From Deltaproteobacteria bacterium (GTDB lineage: Bacteria > Myxococcota_A > Polyangia > Nannocystales > Nannocystaceae): a DNA stretch of 64,000 nt. The DNA lies in the NCBI GenBank assembly GCA_016712475.1, contig JADJRA010000001.1, positions 1,669,414 to 1,733,413 of the forward strand, in the 5' to 3' direction. This document shows positions 1 through 8,672 of the stretch, one piece after another; within the stretch, counting starts at the first letter, position 1; every line of letters begins with the position of its first letter. A model generated the notes under the pieces. The model made no database searches, had not been told where the DNA came from, and worked only from the letters and a program-made list of their open reading frames with translations. The position numbers were made by a program, and so were the translations under genes.

Positions 1-537
1 GAGAATCCCGTCTATCGCCACCTCACGGTGACCACCGGAGGCATCGCTGAATCGGCCGTGCGAGACCTCCCGCTCGATCCTCTGGGCATGCGAGTCGAGA
101 ATCGTACCCACGCCGAGACGGTCACGGAGGAGGACGTCCACCCCGAGTTCGGTCTCGTCGGATACACGACGCTCTCGTCGACCGCCCAAGCCTGGGCGGA
201 CGTGTCGGTCGCAGCGACCTTGAGCGTCGACGGGCCCGGCGTGGGTGCAAACACGGTGTGCCTCACCGCCCGCCCGGCGGGTCTGCCCGAGTCGAGCTTC
301 GTGCAGGATCACCTCCTCGGTGCCCACGACGACGAGAACGCGGCACGATTCGGCCACTGGTGGGGCTCGCAGCTGAGCCTCAACTGCGACGACAAGTGGA
401 GCTTGTTCCCGCTCGCGCAGCGGCTGCCGCTGCCGTGCGCGGCCGAGCTGGCAGAGCAATCGGTGGGTTGGGAGTGCAAGTTCGACGAGTTGTGCGGCGC
501 GACCGTGGGGACCTGCATCACACCCGAATCGGTGTGA
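1..537 (+). CDS. hypothetical protein, C-terminal part (gene probably starts upstream of the window)
   Basis: Frame 1 is open from nt 1 to TGA at 535-537. Codon bias is typical of this GC-rich genome. No domain recognised. Confidence 0.4.
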   Translation, partial: ENPVYRHLTVTTGGIAESAVRDLPLDPLGMRVENRTHAETVTEEDVHPEFGLVGYTTLSSTAQAWADVSVAATLSVDGPGVGANTVCLTARPAGLPESSFVQDHLLGAHDDENAARFGHWWGSQLSLNCDDKWSLFPLAQRLPLPCAAELAEQSVGWECKFDELCGATVGTCITPESV

Positions 538-635
538 CCCGCCCTCGGCGCTTGACATGCGTCGGCAGCGTGGCATCTTTAGACCATCGGTCGAACCGAT
601 GGTTGCACCGCTGGTTGAACAGGGACACGCAAGCA

Positions 636-1810
636 TGGACATCCTCATCGTCGGCACCGGCATTGCCGGGCCCACGCTGGCCTACTGGCTGCGGCGCGCG
701 GGCCATCGGCCGACGCTGGTCGAGCGCGCGCCGCAGCTGCGCACAGGCGGCTACCTGATCGACTTCTGGGGCGCCGGGTTCGAGGTCGCCGAGCGCATGG
801 GCATCGTGCCGGAGCTGATCCGGCGGGGCTATCGCGCGCGCGAGGTCCGGCAAGTGGATCGCGACGGCGCGCGCATCACCTCGATGAACCCCGAGGTATT
901 CGTGGGCTCGCAGTCGCGCTACGTGAGCCTGGCCCGCAGTGATCTCGCCGCTGTGGTGTACGACACGCTCGCGGGTGAGGTCGAGACGATCTTCGACGAC
1001 ACCGTGCGTGCGCTCGATGACGACGGTCGTCGCGTGCACGTGGAGTTCGAGCGCACGACCGCAAGGGAGTTCGATCTGGTGGTGGGCGCCGATGGTCTAC
1101 ATTCCGCCGTGCGGCGGCTGGTGTTCGGCCCCCACGGCGACTTCGAGCGCTACCTCGGCTTCAAGATCGCCGCCTTCGACCTGGTCGGCTTCCGGCCGCG
1201 CGAGGAGTCGGTCGCGACCCTCTACACCGAGGTCGGCCACCAGATCACGTCGTTCCCCATGCGCGACGACGCCACGATGATCGCGATCACCTTCATCGAT
1301 GAGCGCCCCGAAGTGCCGGCGACGCGTGCGGAGCAGGAGGCGCTGCTGCGCTCGCGCCTCGCGGGTGCGGGCTGGCACGCGCCCGAGATCCTCGCGCAGA
1401 TGTCGGCGGCGGAGGGCCTCTACATGGATCGCGTGAGCCAGATTCGCATGCCCGGGTGGTCGCGCGGTCGTGTGGTGCTGCTCGGTGATGCCGCCGCGTG
1501 TCCATCGCTGCTGTCGGGCCAGGGTTCGGCGCTCGCGATGGTCGAGGCCTACGTGCTGGCCTCGCAGCTGGCGCACGCGCCCGATCACGAGGCGGCCTTC
1601 GCCGGCTACGAGCAACTGCTCGCGCCGCTGCTGCACTCGAAGCAACAGGCAGCCCAGCGGCTTGCGCTCGCGTTCGCCCCGAAGAACCGATTCCAGTTGT
1701 TCGTGCGCAACGGCGTGATGAAGCTGATGGGAGTACCGTGGGTCGCGAGGCTCGCCGCCGGCAAGAGCTTCAACGACGCCATCCGGCTGCCGCCGCCGCC
1801 CGACCCGTGA
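636..1810 (+). CDS. FAD-dependent monooxygenase (salicylate hydroxylase / UbiH-like flavoprotein hydroxylase family)
   Basis: ORF 557..1810. N-terminal Rossmann motif ILIVGTGIAGPTLAYWL and later LLGDAAACPSLLSGQG (GD motif) are typical of class A flavoprotein monooxygenases. Start placed at MDILIVG. Confidence 0.8.
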
Positions 1811-1819
1811 CCACCGAAC

Positions 1820-2007
1820 ATGCCCCGACCGCGCTTCCACAAGCTTCCCCCCGAGCAGCAGCAAGAGATCGTGCGATCGTGTTCGGCGTGGGCCAGGCCA
1901 TCGACACCTGGCTGCTCACGCAGGAGCTCGACGCCAAGTCGCTGCGAAAGTACGGCCCGATCTTGATCGGCATGTTCCGACGAACCCTGTCACCCGAGGA
2001 GCCCTGA
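1820..2007 (+). pseudogene. TetR-family regulator pseudogene (internal ~440 bp deletion with frameshift)
   Basis: Begins MPRPRFHKLPPEQQQEIVR, identical to the start of the intact TetR at 3298. Homology then jumps to the TetR C-terminal region (..VFGVGQAIDTWLLTQELDAKSLRKYGPILIGMFRRTLSPEEP) in a different frame. Confidence 0.6.
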
Positions 2008-2008
2008 G

Positions 2009-2075
2009 ATGGACATGTACGGCCACAAGCACTCGAACCTGCCGCAGAAGACGGTGATCGTCGCGATCGAGCTGA
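2009..2075 (+). pseudogene. truncated 5' fragment (22 codons) of the ICMT-like membrane methyltransferase gene, duplicate of 3926..
   Basis: MDMYGHKHSNLPQKTVIVAIEL is near-identical to the N-terminus of ORF 3926..4603. Homology ends at about 2075 and the frame runs into unrelated sequence. Confidence 0.5.
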
Positions 2076-2186
2076 GTACCAGCCGGAGGCGATTGGAATT
2101 CTGCGTGGCTTCGGATGATTCCGGTCCCAGCCGCGGAGGTTCGCTTACGGCGGGGGGTTTTCTTTCGTAGGGTCGAGTCTTCGAGA

Positions 2187-2723
2187 TTACGGGCACTCGA
2201 CCGTGTCGGTGACTTCGCAGTCGATCCCCCACGCGCTGAAGTCGGCGCAGTCGCTCGTGCCGAAGGGCTGTCCTTGGCAGGGCTCGAAGATCTCTCCGCG
2301 CAGGGTGCAGCGTAGGATTTCTCCGTAGCTCGTCACGTCCGTGGTGCTCCAGGCCTGCACGTATAGGAAGCCGAAGCTGATGAGTAGGTCGGTACCGGAG
2401 CAGCCGATGTCGCAGTAGGACTCGGTCAGCTCGGAGACGTTGCCTTCGAGGGAGGACAGGAGTGCCTCGTGAATCGCACACTCGAGGTTCGGATCGACCG
2501 CCTCCTGGTTCGAGCCCGGATCGCGGGAGACCGGCTCGCAGGGCACAGGCGCGTCGCATCGCTCGAGCATCGACGCCGGCAGTGGGTCCCCCGTCGTCGT
2601 GTCCTCGCCCGTGTCCGAGGTTGCACCACCCGAGGCGCCCCCTTCGTCCTCGATCTGCTCCGGCCCACATCCGAGCGCCAACGTCCCGACAACAAGAGCC
2701 CCAACCAAGCCACAAATATCCAC
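2187..2723 (-). CDS. small Cys-rich secreted lipoprotein
   Basis: C-terminal about 180 aa of minus ORF 2187..3434 has a lipobox (VGTLALGCG), then an acidic Ser/Thr linker and many Cys, ending ..ECP. The upstream part of that ORF is antisense to TetR 3298..3924 and was rejected. Start probably GTG near 2723 (uncertain). Confidence 0.5.
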   Translation of the reverse strand: MDICGLVGALVVGTLALGCGPEQIEDEGGASGGATSDTGEDTTTGDPLPASMLERCDAPVPCEPVSRDPGSNQEAVDPNLECAIHEALLSSLEGNVSELTESYCDIGCSGTDLLISFGFLYVQAWSTTDVTSYGEILRCTLRGEIFEPCQGQPFGTSDCADFSAWGIDCEVTDTVECP

Positions 2724-2755
2724 GGCTGGGAGGCTAGCACAGCTCGGCCGGCGGA

Positions 2756-2900
2756 CTACTTCTCGAGTGACGCCGTCGCCAGCAGCGTGATCTCGATGCG
2801 CCGGTTCTTCTTCTTGCCGCGCGAATTCTTGTTGCCGTGGGCCAATCGAGTCACCTCGTGCCCAGCCTGGCTCAGCATATCCCTGAGCGGCCGGCTCGGG
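2756..2900 (-). pseudogene. remnant of an OmpA-family C-terminal domain
   Basis: C-terminus ..LSQAGHEVTRLAHGNKNSRGKKKNRRIEITLLA matches the conserved OmpA-like tail (..NRRVEI..). The N-terminal part of ORF 2756..3115 is Arg/Pro-rich junk. Confidence 0.3.
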
Positions 2901-3160
2901 CCAGACGACTTCGAGCACGTCTTCATGGAAGCAGTTTCGGGCAGCAAGTTTGACGGGCCCGTCCACAGGCCAGCCGGGCCAGCCGCGGTGGACATCGGGC
3001 CGAGGGCGCTGCACTGCGCGGCAAAGACTCGGTGATCGCGGCGCGCTCGTGCTGGCGCACGAGCAGCAACGCCGGGCCGCGGCTTGGGCCGCGGCTTGGC
3101 CCACCGCTGTGTCACGACGCCCTACGTTCCGCGTACGACCGCGCGCAGCGATGCGGTGGC

Positions 3161-3288
3161 AGAACCGATTCCAGTTGTTCATGCGCAACGGCGTGATGAA
3201 GCTGATGGGAGTACCGTTGGTCGCGAGGCTCGCCGCCGGCAAGAGCTTCAACGACGCCATCCGGCTGCCGCCGCCGCCCGACACGTGA
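3161..3288 (+). pseudogene. duplicated 3' fragment of the FAD-monooxygenase gene
   Basis: NRFQLFMRNGVMKLMGVPLVARLAAGKSFNDAIRLPPPPDT is near-identical to the C-terminus of the 636..1810 gene. There is no upstream coding continuity. Confidence 0.5.
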
Positions 3289-3297
3289 CCACCGAAC

Positions 3298-3924
3298 ATG
3301 CCCCGACCGCGCTTCCACAAGCTTCCCCCCGAGCAGCAGCAAGAGATCGTGCGCGCAGCCCTCACAGAATTCTCCGAGCACGGCTTCAACGCCGCGTCGT
3401 TGAACCGCATCATCGACGCGGCCGGCATCTCCAAGGGGTCGATGTACTACTACTTCGACGGCAAGGAGGACCTCTACGGCCACGTGGTCCGCGTCGAGCT
3501 CGGGCGGCTCTTCGAGGCCTCCGGTCCGTTCCCGGTGCCCTCCGCCCGCGATGCCGCCAGCTTCTGGGCCACGCTCACGGAGTACTACGGCCGCATCATG
3601 GGCGCGCTCATGGCCTCGCCGGCCCTCGCCGCGCTCGCCCGTGGCTGGCTCGCGGCGTCGGCCAGCCCCGCGCTGCAGCAGGTCCAACGCGAGATGGAGT
3701 CGGCCGTGCTGCCGTGGTTCGAGCGGGTGCTGACCGCGGGCCAGCGCGCCCGTGCCGTACGCAAGGACATCCCGACCAGCCTCGCGATCGCGATCGTCTT
3801 CGGCATGGGCCAGGCCATGGACACCTGGCTGCTCACCCAGGCGCTCGATGCCAAGTCGCTGCGAAAGTACGCGCCGATCCTGATCGGCATGTTCCGGCGA
3901 ACCCTGTCACCCAAGGAGCCCTGA
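3298..3924 (+). CDS. TetR/AcrR-family transcriptional regulator
   Basis: N-terminal HTH region (..ALTEFSEHGFNAASLNRIIDAAGISKGSMYYYF) is typical of TetR. 208 aa. Stop overlaps the next start (ATGA-like junction). Confidence 0.85.
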   Translation: MPRPRFHKLPPEQQQEIVRAALTEFSEHGFNAASLNRIIDAAGISKGSMYYYFDGKEDLYGHVVRVELGRLFEASGPFPVPSARDAASFWATLTEYYGRIMGALMASPALAALARGWLAASASPALQQVQREMESAVLPWFERVLTAGQRARAVRKDIPTSLAIAIVFGMGQAMDTWLLTQALDAKSLRKYAPILIGMFRRTLSPKEP

Positions 3925-3925
3925 G

Positions 3926-4603
3926 ATGGACATGTACGGCCACAAGCACTCGAGCCTGCCGCAGAAGACGGTGATCGTCGCGATCGAGCTGGTGCTCCTC
4001 GGGATCGCAGGCCTCGTGCTGTTCGGCCCGCTGGGCGCCAGCTTCCGCGCGTTCGGTGATTCGCCCCACCTCGGTCGCAACCTGACGCTGCTGGTCTTCG
4101 ACATCGTCGTGTTCGCGCGCTACCTCGCGACGATGTTCGTGTTCGTCGAGCGGCGGATCCCCTGGGACGAGGCATTCTCGATCCCGCTCGCGTTCGCGCT
4201 CTACCTGGTCGGCTTCCCCTTGCTCGCGAAGCCGGCGTCGACGGGCTTCGGTGCGCTCGAGCTGCTCGGGATCGGCCTGTTCGTCGGCGGATCGTTCATC
4301 AACACCTACGCCGAGTACCAGCGACGCCGCTTCAAGCGACTGCCACAGAACGCCGGCCAGCTCTACACGGGTGGATTGTTCGCCATCACGATGCACCCGA
4401 ACTATTTCGGCGACCTGCTGTGGGTCGCCGGCTTCGCCTGCGTCACCCACAACGCCCTTGCCTGGCTCATCCCCGCGTTCCTGCTGGGATTCTTCTACTT
4501 CTACAACATCCCCAAGCTCGACGCCTACCTGCGCAGTCACTACGGCGCGGCGTTCACCGCCTACGCGCAGCGAACGAAGCGGCTGGTGCCGTTCGTGCTC
4601 TGA
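3926..4603 (+). CDS. membrane methyltransferase-like protein (isoprenylcysteine carboxyl methyltransferase / DUF1295-type)
   Basis: Multi-TM protein. C-terminal motif ITMHPNYFGDLLWVAGF resembles the ICMT/PEMT-type HPxY..G signature. Translationally coupled to TetR. Confidence 0.7.
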   Translation: MDMYGHKHSSLPQKTVIVAIELVLLGIAGLVLFGPLGASFRAFGDSPHLGRNLTLLVFDIVVFARYLATMFVFVERRIPWDEAFSIPLAFALYLVGFPLLAKPASTGFGALELLGIGLFVGGSFINTYAEYQRRRFKRLPQNAGQLYTGGLFAITMHPNYFGDLLWVAGFACVTHNALAWLIPAFLLGFFYFYNIPKLDAYLRSHYGAAFTAYAQRTKRLVPFVL

Positions 4604-4759
4604 CGGTGCTCTGCTTGGGTGATCCGTCACCTGTCGCCGCGGGCACCGTGCCACCGACCTCGACGAGGTTCTACGGGTGTGGCGAGTGACGGCGGTGCGA
4701 GGCACCTCGCCATCGACTCGTCGCTTGCCTCCGTCCTGATCTCCCGGCATCGTCGAGCG

Positions 4760-5344
4760 GTGGTTCGCACCTTCGCGTTGCTCGGCATCCTCATCGCCGC
4801 ATGCGACCGCTCCGAGCCGTCGCCGGCCGGCCACGACCCCGCGTCGACGCCGACGGCCGACGAGCCGTGCGCGCGGGACGAGGACTGTGTGTTCGCGAGC
4901 GGCTGCTGCACCGGCTGCTCGTTCTTCAGTGGCCGCACCGCGAGCGCGCGCATGAGATCCGCGAGCGAACAGGCCAGCGAAGATCGCAAGTGCTGGCTGC
5001 GCGGATGGTTCGAGGACTGCCCGCATGTCGACTGCGCCTCGCCGCCGCCGTGTCGCCTCGATCTCGGCCCGGCGTGCGTGGAGGGCCGTTGCCGACCCCG
5101 CGCGACCGGGGTCGTGGGCGACGCCAACGATCGCTGTCGGGCCGACGCCTGCGGCGAGCCACCGGCGTTCACCGGCTCCGACTGCGATGACTTCGCCCAG
5201 GCGGCGTACGAGCGCTGCGCGTGCCTCGACGGCGGCGGCCCCTGCCCGCTGGAGATCTGGCGCGGCCTGTGTGCGGAGGCCAGCCGCTGCGTGGGAGACT
5301 CGCCGGGCGTCGCGGTGACGCGCGCGACCGCCGACTGCCCGTGA
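4760..5344 (+). CDS. Cys-rich secreted lipoprotein
   Basis: In frame with ORF 4619..5344. Signal/lipobox RHRRAVVRTFALLGILIAAC, then about 24 Cys, ending ..ADCP. Start taken as GTG near 4760 (uncertain; the ATG at 4619 would give an implausibly long pre-signal region). Confidence 0.5.
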   Translation: MVRTFALLGILIAACDRSEPSPAGHDPASTPTADEPCARDEDCVFASGCCTGCSFFSGRTASARMRSASEQASEDRKCWLRGWFEDCPHVDCASPPPCRLDLGPACVEGRCRPRATGVVGDANDRCRADACGEPPAFTGSDCDDFAQAAYERCACLDGGGPCPLEIWRGLCAEASRCVGDSPGVAVTRATADCP

Positions 5345-5419
5345 TCGATGACGCCACGACCATGTGTGCGACGCCGCGGCGGGTGCGGGACGCCGCCCAC
5401 GCGGCGAATGGTCGCTCGT

Positions 5420-6748
5420 TCACTCCTCGAACGGGTTCGCGAACGCGGGGTCGAGGAGGAACTCGTCGTCGGTCATCGACTCGAGGAATGCGATGACGGC
5501 GTCGATCTCTTCGTCGGTCGCGGGGAATCCGCGCACCAGCCCCGACTTGAGCGGGCTGACCCGACCATCGCCGGCGTACGGGCCCGTCTCGGTCACGGTG
5601 CCACCCGCGGCGTAGTGGTCGAGCACGTCACGGAGCGTCGCCTTGCTGCCGTCGTGCATGTACGGCCCGGTCACCGCGATGTTGCGCAGCGACGGGGGCC
5701 GGAACAACCCGCGATGGTCTGGATCGAAGGTCACCTCGAAGAGGCCCTGATCGTACGGCGGATAGCTGCCGTCGCCACCGACGTTGTAGAGCCCGTTGTT
5801 GAAGAACGGATACTGGATCGACCCCGGGTCGGAGTCCGCGTCGCGGTACGACGTGGTGAGGTTGATACCGTTGTGGCAGTGGAAGCACTCGAAGCGCTCG
5901 CCGAAGAACAGCGTCATGCCCTGGCGTTGCTGCTCGGTCAGCGCGTCGTGGTCACCGGCTACGAAGCGATCGTAGGGGCTGCGACCCGGGATCATCGTGC
6001 GACAGAAGCTCGCGAGCGCGAACACGATCTTGTTGACGGTCGCGCCCGACTCGCTCTCGGGGAACGCGGCCGCGAACATCGCTGCGTACATCGGATCGTC
6101 GTCGAAGCGCGCGAGCACCTCGGCCTCGTTGCCATCGTTGATCCCCAGCTCGACCGGATTGTCGTTGCGCAGCGGCACCTGCAGCTGGTCCTCGAGCTCG
6201 AGCAGCACGTTGCTCGCCCACGTGAACGTCGTGCGATACGCGACCATGCCGAGCGCCTGGCTGTTGCGCTCGAGCACAGTACCGGTCGAGCCGCTCGGCG
6301 TCGTCTCGGGGTCTGCAAATCCCAGCTCTTGGAAGTGGCAGTCGGCGCACGACTGCTCGAGGTTTCCCGACAGGCGACGGTCGTAGAACAGATGCCGCCC
6401 GAGCTCGATCTTCTCGGCCGTGAGCGGATTGAACTCGGGAATGTAGGGGGTCTCGAGGTGATCCGGCAGCCGCAGCAGCTCGCGAACGGGATCGACCGGG
6501 ACGCCGCCGCTCGACGAATCGGCGGCGCCCGTGTCGGTCGGCACACCCGTGTCGTCGCTGCTGCCGCTCGTGCTCGTGCTCGTGCTCGTTCCGGTGCCCG
6601 TGCTGCCGCCGCTGCTGCTGCTCGCACTGGCGTGCTCACCCGCGCCGCTGGGCGACGAGCATCCGATCGACGCGCACAGCGCGAGCGCAAGCGACGTTGC
6701 CGCCCGCGCCCGCGGCCGCTCTGCCTCACTGGGCAGCGAACACCGCAT
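5420..6748 (-). CDS. di-heme cytochrome c peroxidase family enzyme (MauG/CCP/MbnH-like)
   Basis: Two CxxCH heme motifs (CADCHF and CFHCHN). Spacing and surrounding residues are typical of the bacterial di-heme CCP/MauG family. Lipoprotein signal LALALCASIGCSS and a Ser/Thr/Gly linker. Confidence 0.85.
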   Translation of the reverse strand: MRCSLPSEAERPRARAATSLALALCASIGCSSPSGAGEHASASSSSGGSTGTGTSTSTSTSGSSDDTGVPTDTGAADSSSGGVPVDPVRELLRLPDHLETPYIPEFNPLTAEKIELGRHLFYDRRLSGNLEQSCADCHFQELGFADPETTPSGSTGTVLERNSQALGMVAYRTTFTWASNVLLELEDQLQVPLRNDNPVELGINDGNEAEVLARFDDDPMYAAMFAAAFPESESGATVNKIVFALASFCRTMIPGRSPYDRFVAGDHDALTEQQRQGMTLFFGERFECFHCHNGINLTTSYRDADSDPGSIQYPFFNNGLYNVGGDGSYPPYDQGLFEVTFDPDHRGLFRPPSLRNIAVTGPYMHDGSKATLRDVLDHYAAGGTVTETGPYAGDGRVSPLKSGLVRGFPATDEEIDAVIAFLESMTDDEFLLDPAFANPFEE

Positions 6749-7847
6749 CTTGATCCGCCGCCGAAACGCCATCGTCGATGTCGACGCCGAACGAGGCAAA
6801 GATGGTCCCACAGTGCGGCTGCATCGGCGACGAGTGACACTCGACGCCGGGCCCCTCGCCGATGATTTCGAACGTCTTGGGGTCATAGATCGGCGCGAGG
6901 AAGTCCACCCCCTCGAGCGCGCGCCCGAGGTCGACCGCGACCACACCGGTCGCGAGATCGAACCCGTCGAGGTCGACCTTCGGTGTGTTCAAGAATCCGC
7001 ACGCGTCTTGGTTCTCGAGCGCGAGCTCGCCATCCCCCGCGCAATCGGTGCTCCCGATGTGCAGGTAGCCGCCGCCCGCGACCGCCTCGGGGTCCTCCAC
7101 GGAGAAGTTGAACACGAAGTGGCGGTAGCCGGTCGCCCACGACCAGTACATCTCGCCCAGCGGCGACGGAGCCGCCTCCGCGCTCGTGGTGTTGATGAGA
7201 TCCTTCATCACGGCCTGCGGCACACCGACGTCGAAGCTGATCCGCGTCACGTCCGCGACCTGCGTCATGCCGGTGATCACGTCGTTCTCGCGCGCGGTGC
7301 CTTCGGCGAAGGCAATCGCGGAGGCTTCGCAATCGCCTTGGGTGTTGCTGGTGAGATCGATGAGCGAGACCTGTCCGGCATCACTCGTGTACTGGAAGTC
7401 GTTGACGTCGAGCTCGACGGTCACCTCGCTGCCGTCGGCGGCGTACATGTGCAGGTTGCTGATGTAGAACCGCAGATCCGCCGGGCTCGCGGTGTGCTCG
7501 CCGTCGGGGCCGAGCCCGGTGATCGTGCTGCCGCAACCGACCTCTTCGCCGTTGGCGACCGCCGCGAACCGCAGGCTGAACGGCGCGAGCGCCTCGCCGG
7601 TCGTGCTTCCGCCGGAGCTGTCGAGCCCGGTCGGGTCGGTCTCGCTCGTCGCCGTGGTGGCGCTGGTGGTGGTGGCGGTCGGGTCTGTCGTGGTCGTCGA
7701 TGCGGTGGTCGCCGAGGTGCTCGACATCGTCGGATCGCCGGTCGAGCCGTCGGCGTTCGTCGAAGTCTCCGCGTCGTCGCCACCGCAAGCGCCGAGGACC
7801 GCAGCAAACAAAAGGGTGGGCGCGAGTGTCCGGCAGTCCATCGTCAT
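6726..7847 (-). CDS. lipoprotein partner of the di-heme enzyme (possibly MbnP-like copper-binding protein)
   Basis: Lipobox LFAAVLGACGG, then a long Ser/Thr/Asp linker and a globular domain of about 270 aa. Overlaps the downstream di-heme gene by about 20 nt (operon). Identity is inferred from gene order only. Confidence 0.55.
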   Translation of the reverse strand: MTMDCRTLAPTLLFAAVLGACGGDDAETSTNADGSTGDPTMSSTSATTASTTTTDPTATTTSATTATSETDPTGLDSSGGSTTGEALAPFSLRFAAVANGEEVGCGSTITGLGPDGEHTASPADLRFYISNLHMYAADGSEVTVELDVNDFQYTSDAGQVSLIDLTSNTQGDCEASAIAFAEGTARENDVITGMTQVADVTRISFDVGVPQAVMKDLINTTSAEAAPSPLGEMYWSWATGYRHFVFNFSVEDPEAVAGGGYLHIGSTDCAGDGELALENQDACGFLNTPKVDLDGFDLATGVVAVDLGRALEGVDFLAPIYDPKTFEIIGEGPGVECHSSPMQPHCGTIFASFGVDIDDGVSAADQDAVFAAQ

Positions 7848-8129
7848 GTGTCGCGACGCTAGCCAGGCCGACCGCGCGCCGCCAGCGAGAATGGGGGGGC
7901 GCGAAAATTCGCCACATGCCTGGTGCCGCGTAGGCTCGAGTCGCGCATTGGGCATCGCAGGTGTTCCGCGAGGTGTTCAAGACTTGGCCAGCGCCGCCGG
8001 AGGGTCGCGGTGGCTGCGATGCCGTCGCGAACAGCGATGCCTCCCGCGTGACAGATCCGCAACGGGCATTCTCCGCCGCGTGCGCTAGCCTCGACGCAGG
8101 TCCGCCTCCGACGGGCAGCGGGTAGGATC

Positions 8130-8621
8130 ATGCGAAGGACCCTCAAGTTCCTGCACGAGGTCGGCAGCGCGGGGCTCATGGGCGCCGTCGCGGCCCAGGC
8201 AATCCTGTCGTTCGCCGCCGACGGTCGCGGGCCGCTCGAGTACGCGGCGATGCGCCACGCGATCTTGCTGGTCTCCCAGTGGCTGCTGGTCCCGTCCCTG
8301 CTGGTCGTGCTCGTCAGCGGGCTCGCGGCGATCGCAGCCCACCACCCGTTCCAGAACGCCGGCTGGGCGTGGATGAAGGCCGCCACCACCCTGCTGGTGC
8401 TCGAGGGCACGCTGGTCGCCCTGTCGGGCCCCGCACAGGGGGCCGCGGTGGTCTCCGCGCGGATCGCCGCCGGTGAACCGGCCGACGCCGAGGAGCTCGC
8501 CGACTTCGTCCGTCACGAGCGCGGCGGCCTCGCGATGATCGCGTTGCTGTCGATCGTCAACATCGCCCTGGCGGTGTGGCGCCCTCGATTCAAGCGAAGG
8601 ACGCCGCCGCCGCCGGAGTGA
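8130..8621 (+). CDS. small integral membrane protein (4 predicted TM)
   Basis: Hydrophobic helices and coding-like composition. No motif recognised. Confidence 0.5.
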   Translation: MRRTLKFLHEVGSAGLMGAVAAQAILSFAADGRGPLEYAAMRHAILLVSQWLLVPSLLVVLVSGLAAIAAHHPFQNAGWAWMKAATTLLVLEGTLVALSGPAQGAAVVSARIAAGEPADAEELADFVRHERGGLAMIALLSIVNIALAVWRPRFKRRTPPPPE

Positions 8622-8672
8622 GTCCGTCGTCGATCGCGGCGCAGCTTGGTCTCGACCCGAAGGTGCCGTGCC

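Larger units (their letters stand above)
1683..2075. repeat. segmental duplication, copy 1 (degenerate): 3' monooxygenase / deleted TetR / 5' methyltransferase fragment
   Basis: Near-identical to 3161..3990 apart from a ~440-bp internal deletion corresponding to 3354..3797. Confidence 0.7.
3161..3990. repeat. segmental duplication, copy 2 (carries intact TetR and methyltransferase gene start)
   Basis: See copy 1. The copies are separated by about 1.1 kb holding a Cys-rich lipoprotein gene and an OmpA-like remnant. Confidence 0.7.

Noticed and set aside
2740-3434. Upstream 230 codons of minus-strand ORF 2187..3434
   Set aside because: Antisense to the well-supported TetR gene 3298..3924 and Arg/Ala-rich. 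Only the C-terminal about 180 aa, with its lipoprotein signal, looks genuine.
3833-5026. Long minus-strand ORF (397 aa) and similar Arg-rich ORFs 5348..6865 (+), 6531..7862 (+), 8513..9709 (-), 10881..12710 (+), 12905..15031 (+), 14355..16280 (+)
   Set aside because: Extreme Arg/Ala/Gly/Pro content. Each is antisense to a gene with clear motifs (methyltransferase, di-heme peroxidase, GNAT, lipid kinase and others). These are shadow ORFs typical of >70% GC DNA.
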